Shown here: piece by piece, positions 24,505 to 28,665 of the stretch
Layout of the letters: each line of letters begins with the position of its first letter
Position numbering within the stretch: position 1 is the stretch's first letter
IMG/VR virus record: IMGVR_UViG_3300046655_000132
Coordinates: 1 to 28,665 of that record
Length of the DNA stretch: 28,665 nt
Reading direction: 5' to 3' (one strand)
DNA from: a virus
Lineage: Duplodnaviria > Caudoviricetes
Notes under the pieces: model-generated
Databases searched by the model: none
Told to the model about the DNA's origin: nothing
Seen by the model: only the letters and a program-made list of their open reading frames with translations
Translations under genes and position numbers: made by a program

Positions 24505-27294
24505 ATGATAACTATAGAAATACAAGTCAAAAATCTTAAAGGAAGTATTGACAGATTAGAAAAATATATGGATGATGATTCTGTCACTGGAATCATGTTT
24601 AGTTATTTTGATGTTTATGAGCCAGAAGAGCATGAAATAAAATATAAAGGTAATAAAATATTATTATCATATGAGGATGATGAAGATCCCAAAGATCAGT
24701 TTGATAAGATTAAAGACTTTTGTTCTGATTATACTAAGTTTGCAAGAACCACATCGAAGATGATTCAGAAACACATCAAGAATGGCGGAGACCCAAAAGA
24801 TCTTTCAGATTTAGAAGGTTCTGGCCCAGTTGATCCATATTTCATGGGTGCAGTGCAAACTGGCAAATTTGGAGATGCAAAGCGTCCATTTGTTTATACT
24901 GCAACAATGAAACAAATAAGAGAATCCCTTGCTGATATTGCAAGGAACGAAGCTACAAAATATAGACTTAAAATGTCTCCATCTCAGAAGGCAAATAAAG
25001 CATTCGGTGATAATTATCAATTGTATCATAAGACATTTTCTGGTGCGATGCAACATTCATATCAGGTAGCAAAGAAGAGAGGTTATAAGGTATCTGCAGA
25101 TTCGATAGATACACAGGTCGCATTCGGCCCTCGCAAACCATCAAACGGAAAGATGAACAGTTATCATTTAGACTTGGATGGAGAAAGAAATAAGAAACTT
25201 CACGTTCAAGTATACAATACCGGAAATTCATACGAACTGAATATGTACGTTGAGTCTATGGAACTCAACGAGAGAATGTCTAGAAAAGATTTTGATAAAC
25301 TCAAGAAGGGTGACAAGATAGAAATCAATTACGGTAGCACTGTTTCTAGTTCTCAGACTAGAGAGTTTTCTGTAGTCAATAAGTCCAGAAGTGCTAAGTA
25401 TGATGTCGATAAGGTAAGACTACAACCGACAGATAAGACGGGTGGAATGAAGTTCTTCCTCTACAGTAGGTCTGGTGGAGATGCTACTCTCGCACTTGGA
25501 GATATGGGAGCATCCATTAAGAGTTATAGATTGTTAGAAGAAGTAGAACTTGAAGAACAATCCATGACTGATAATGATTGGGTTGTAGTTGGAAAAGGTA
25601 GAAAACCCGTTCGGTTTTTGAAGAATCCCAAAAACAATAAAGCACCTCGCAACTGGCAAAAATCTTCTGATGAAAAAGAAGTAATGCGAGTGAGTAAAGC
25701 GAAGCAGATGGGTATAATTAAGAAAGAGTCAGTAGAACTTGAAGAGAAGAAGTACAGTCCTTCGGACGAAAAGGATATCCAGAAGACCATTAGTATTATG
25801 AAGAAGTATCCGGCAAATAAAAAGAAGTCGGATAAAGAATTAAGAGACGGTGCGATTGAATATCTATTCCACAATAGATCTATGAAAAGAAAGAGAGTGG
25901 AGACTACAGAAGGGTTCAGTGCAGCTCAACTTGGTAAACTGAAGAAGGCATACTCTACTGTTTCTACTGTAGATCCCACTAGTCCTACTTACAAAAAATT
26001 AACAAAGATGATTAAGTCTCAGGATAAAGACGTTTTGATGCAGATCGCAAAGGCAAAAGTTAAGTTCGTTTCTCAGATAGCGGCAACAGAACTTCGAAGA
26101 TCACATAACATTAAACTGAAGGCTTCTGAATTTATGGAGGAAATTGAGATGAACGAGTCAGAATTTAAGACTGTCAGAGGAAAGGACGGTAAGAAGTATG
26201 ACGTTAAGATTTCTATGGACGGCAAAAAGTTCAAGTTTAGAGTGACGGATAAGACTGGAAACGTAGGCGCATTTAAGGTTATATCTCTGGGACAGGCTGC
26301 GAAACTCTTTGAGAACCTAGAAGAACTTGTAGATATTACAGAAGAAAGTGGTATTGAACTTGCTCGCAAGATTGTTGACAAAAAACAACACATGAAGGGA
26401 ATTGATTTGACCACTGCTGGTCTTATTCTACAGGTTTATGATAAAGTAAACGATAAGAATAAAGCGAAGATGGACAAGATGTCTGCAAAACAACTCGCTT
26501 CGGTTGTATATAAACTTCTCTCTAAAGAAGAAGTCCAAGAAGAACATGATATGTACGGTTATAAATTATTTAAAGAAGAAGTAGAACTAGAAGAAGCGAC
26601 AGGAAAAGAAATTGCTGCACTGATGAAGAAATCCAAGACTATGAAAGGATTTGCTGCTAAAGTTGCGAAGATGAAGACTGTTACCGTAGATGATTTAGAA
26701 GATATGCTTCCCGATTATGTTTCTGGCGGAGATATCAGAAAGATGTTTGAGGCTCACTGTAGTTCCAAGAGAATGAAGAAGGAAGGAATTACCGACGAAG
26801 ATGTTGCACAGTTTATTGGCGCTGCGTCTGCTGCGAAGAAGGCCGGAAAGAAAAACTTCTCGTTTGGTGGAAAGACTTATCCTGTAACAATCTCTGGTGA
26901 TACCGCAAAGAAAGTTCTTGAAGACTCTCTGGAGGAAGACATAAACGAAAAAATGGATCCTACAGAACACGTTGAGAAAAATAAAGAAACTGGAATGTAT
27001 TGCGTTTATGGCGCCAACGGCAAGAAAGTAAAAGAATTTGAGGATAAAAAAGAAGCAGACGATTACGCCATTAAGAATCATGAAAAACTGATGGCTGTAA
27101 AGGAGTCTAAATATACAGACATAGAAGAATTAATTGAGTCTTCTGATAAAAAAGACGCGGCAGAGATGTCGAAGTTAGTGAAAGAATTGCAACCAAAGAT
27201 CTCCAAATCAGAACTGAAGAAAGAGGTTGAGGCCATGGCAATGGAAAAATATAAGAACAAAACTAGAGCGAAGAAGATCGCCAGTTTTGCATAA
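24505..27294 (+). CDS. Large K/E-rich modular protein, putative internal-head polyprotein
   Basis: 929-aa ORF of many short basic modules separated by EEVELEE-type linkers. Confidence 0.75.
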   Translation: MITIEIQVKNLKGSIDRLEKYMDDDSVTGIMFSYFDVYEPEEHEIKYKGNKILLSYEDDEDPKDQFDKIKDFCSDYTKFARTTSKMIQKHIKNGGDPKDLSDLEGSGPVDPYFMGAVQTGKFGDAKRPFVYTATMKQIRESLADIARNEATKYRLKMSPSQKANKAFGDNYQLYHKTFSGAMQHSYQVAKKRGYKVSADSIDTQVAFGPRKPSNGKMNSYHLDLDGERNKKLHVQVYNTGNSYELNMYVESMELNERMSRKDFDKLKKGDKIEINYGSTVSSSQTREFSVVNKSRSAKYDVDKVRLQPTDKTGGMKFFLYSRSGGDATLALGDMGASIKSYRLLEEVELEEQSMTDNDWVVVGKGRKPVRFLKNPKNNKAPRNWQKSSDEKEVMRVSKAKQMGIIKKESVELEEKKYSPSDEKDIQKTISIMKKYPANKKKSDKELRDGAIEYLFHNRSMKRKRVETTEGFSAAQLGKLKKAYSTVSTVDPTSPTYKKLTKMIKSQDKDVLMQIAKAKVKFVSQIAATELRRSHNIKLKASEFMEEIEMNESEFKTVRGKDGKKYDVKISMDGKKFKFRVTDKTGNVGAFKVISLGQAAKLFENLEELVDITEESGIELARKIVDKKQHMKGIDLTTAGLILQVYDKVNDKNKAKMDKMSAKQLASVVYKLLSKEEVQEEHDMYGYKLFKEEVELEEATGKEIAALMKKSKTMKGFAAKVAKMKTVTVDDLEDMLPDYVSGGDIRKMFEAHCSSKRMKKEGITDEDVAQFIGAASAAKKAGKKNFSFGGKTYPVTISGDTAKKVLEDSLEEDINEKMDPTEHVEKNKETGMYCVYGANGKKVKEFEDKKEADDYAIKNHEKLMAVKESKYTDIEELIESSDKKDAAEMSKLVKELQPKISKSELKKEVEAMAMEKYKNKTRAKKIASFA

Positions 27295-27304
27295 GTGAGG
27301 TATC

Positions 27305-27667
27305 ATGGGTAAGTTTACGCCGCCTAAGTGGGCAAAATTCGCAGTTGCGACAGATAAAGGATGGGAAGATTCCAGAACTGGAGAACTCTTAGTTTCTATA
27401 CGAAACTTAAAGACTGATATGGAAGCCGCATCTGGTTCTACTCCTGCTGAACCAGCTCCCGTCGAAGAACCAGTAGTTGAGGCGAAACCTAAGAAGAAGG
27501 CAAGACAGCAAAAAAATCACTTTGCTGCAAAACCAGAAACACCAGAATTTGAGTCTATGACAAAGGAAGAACTGGAACTCTGGGCAAGAGAACATATTAA
27601 TGTCGAATTGGACAGAAGAAAGACTAAGAAGAGTCTTATCGAAGAAATACAAGAAAATTTAAAGTAG
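27305..27667 (+). CDS. Hypothetical protein with a C-terminal helix-extension-helix (Rho-N/HeH-like) module
   Basis: N-terminal PPKWA..AVATDKGW...TGELLVS, P/E/A linker, then MTKEELELWAREHINVELDRRKTKKSLIEEI; SD GAGG. Confidence 0.72.
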   Translation: MGKFTPPKWAKFAVATDKGWEDSRTGELLVSIRNLKTDMEAASGSTPAEPAPVEEPVVEAKPKKKARQQKNHFAAKPETPEFESMTKEELELWAREHINVELDRRKTKKSLIEEIQENLK

Positions 27668-27686
27668 AAATACTTTAGGAGGAAAA

Positions 27687-27899
27687 ATGGCAGTATCACA
27701 ATTTGGTCAAGAAAACTATATCGCAAACGGTCTAGGAATCCCTGCCCATGACTTCATACAGAATGTTTATGAACCCTCTACTAATAACTTGATTGCAGTT
27801 GAATACAAGCTTGGAGGTTCGTCCGGTACAGTGGTTGCCCGTTTAGATTTTACATATGATTCTGCCGGAAACCTACTGACTGTTGAAAGGACGGCGTAA
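27687..27899 (+). CDS. Small putative structural protein
   Basis: Strong SD AGGAGG; YKLGGSSGTVVARLDFTYDSAGNLLTVER beta-rich motif; directly precedes the fibre gene. Confidence 0.72.
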   Translation: MAVSQFGQENYIANGLGIPAHDFIQNVYEPSTNNLIAVEYKLGGSSGTVVARLDFTYDSAGNLLTVERTA

Positions 27900-28665
27900 T
27901 GAGTTATAGATATAATCCACTATCTGGAAAGATAGAATTTGTAGGAATCTCAACTGCAGATGGAACATCTCTCGAAGCAACCATCAATGAGAAAGTTGCA
28001 AACTTAGTAGATTCTGCACCAACTACTTTGGATACACTCAATGAGTTGGCTTCTGCACTGAATAACGATCCCAACTTTGCGACATCTACCGCAAATCTAA
28101 TAGGTACAAAAGCAGATACATCATCTTTATCTGCCGTTGCGACATCTGGTGCATATGCAGATCTCACTGGGAAACCTAGCGTATTCGATGGAGATTATAA
28201 TAATCTAACCAATCAGCCATCTCTTTTTGATGGTGATTATGATTCCTTGACTAATAAGCCTTCTTTGTTTGATGGGGACTATGATAGTCTTGCTAATAAG
28301 CCAACTATTCCCACAGTTCCCGCAAATGTAAGTGAATTTGCCAATGATTCTGGATTCATCACTGGATACACCGTTACAGAATCAGATGTCACCGGCCACG
28401 AGTCTGCTCTAACTATAACAGAATCACAAATTAGTGATTTGGGATCTTATCTTGTATCTGCAGATCTCAATGGTTATGCTACTGAAGCATATGTTGGTGC
28501 TCAAGGATTTATCACTGGATACACAGTCACAGAATCTGATGTTACAGGACATCAATCAGCATTATCAATTACCGAATCCCAGATTAGTGATTTGGGAACT
28601 TACTTAGTTGCATCTGATATCAATGGATATGCAACAGAAACTTACGTTGGGTCTCAAGGATTTAT
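27899..28665 (+). CDS. Tail fibre-like structural protein, 3'-truncated (not in the ORF track)
   Basis: ATG overlaps the upstream TAA; open to the window end; classic fibre motif LVDSAPTTLDTLNELASALNNDPNFA, followed by tandem repeats. Confidence 0.85.
   Translation, partial: MSYRYNPLSGKIEFVGISTADGTSLEATINEKVANLVDSAPTTLDTLNELASALNNDPNFATSTANLIGTKADTSSLSAVATSGAYADLTGKPSVFDGDYNNLTNQPSLFDGDYDSLTNKPSLFDGDYDSLANKPTIPTVPANVSEFANDSGFITGYTVTESDVTGHESALTITESQISDLGSYLVSADLNGYATEAYVGAQGFITGYTVTESDVTGHQSALSITESQISDLGTYLVASDINGYATETYVGSQGF
28142..28306 (+). repeat. About four 42-bp (14-aa) coding tandem repeats
   Basis: TSGAYADLTGKPS / VFDGDYNNLTNQPS / LFDGDYDSLTNKPS / LFDGDYDSLANKPT. Confidence 0.9.
28352..28665 (+). 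repeat. 153-bp (51-aa) coding tandem repeats, two full copies and the start of a third
   Basis: GFITGYTVTESDVTGH.SAL.ITESQISDLG.YLV..D.NGYATE.YVG.Q begins at 28352, 28505 and 28658. Confidence 0.92.

Noticed and set aside
259-28167. All minus-strand ORFs in the track and the short alternate-frame plus-strand ORFs (e.g. 3470-3718, 6192-6377, 19710-19904, 23973-24164)
   Set aside because: They lie inside or opposite well-supported + strand genes, are F/S/I/L-rich antisense shadows of K/E-rich coding sequence, and show no motifs.
28142-28665. Tandem repeats as a possible CRISPR array
   Set aside because: The periods (42 and 153 bp) are multiples of three, in frame and degenerate at wobble positions, with no unique spacers.
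1-28665. tRNA or rRNA genes, or stop-codon reassignment
   Set aside because: Intergenic gaps are short with no cloverleaf or T-loop motif, and the core genes read full length in the standard code with TAA, TGA and TAG all used as stops.

Overview
This window is part of a T4-like (myovirus) phage genome, most similar in gene content to marine T4-like phages of heterotrophic bacteria or cyanobacteria. All credible genes lie on the + strand. 1-17035 is the replication/recombination core: gp46 (5'-truncated), a small RHH protein with a C5 cytosine methyltransferase, a CobT-like VWA plus CobS-like AAA pair, gp45/44/62, regA, hsp20, gp43, uvsX, gp41 and a degenerate 2OG-Fe(II) oxygenase. 17039-27900 starts at a T4 late promoter (TATAAATA). 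It encodes a KxDG ligase-like adenylyltransferase, an SNase-like nuclease, a PNK/zeta-like P-loop kinase, a HIGH-family nucleotidyltransferase fused to a RegB-like RNase domain, and modular E-linker polyproteins. Many of these proteins carry motifs resembling the T4 internal-protein capsid-targeting sequence, which suggests a virion-packaged enzyme payload. A repeat-rich tail-fibre-like gene runs off the 3' end. Other notable features: a ROSE-like RNA thermometer upstream of hsp20, a gene flanked by an exact 31-bp direct repeat, and a probably leaderless methyltransferase mRNA. All family assignments come from motif recognition by eye; no searches were run.
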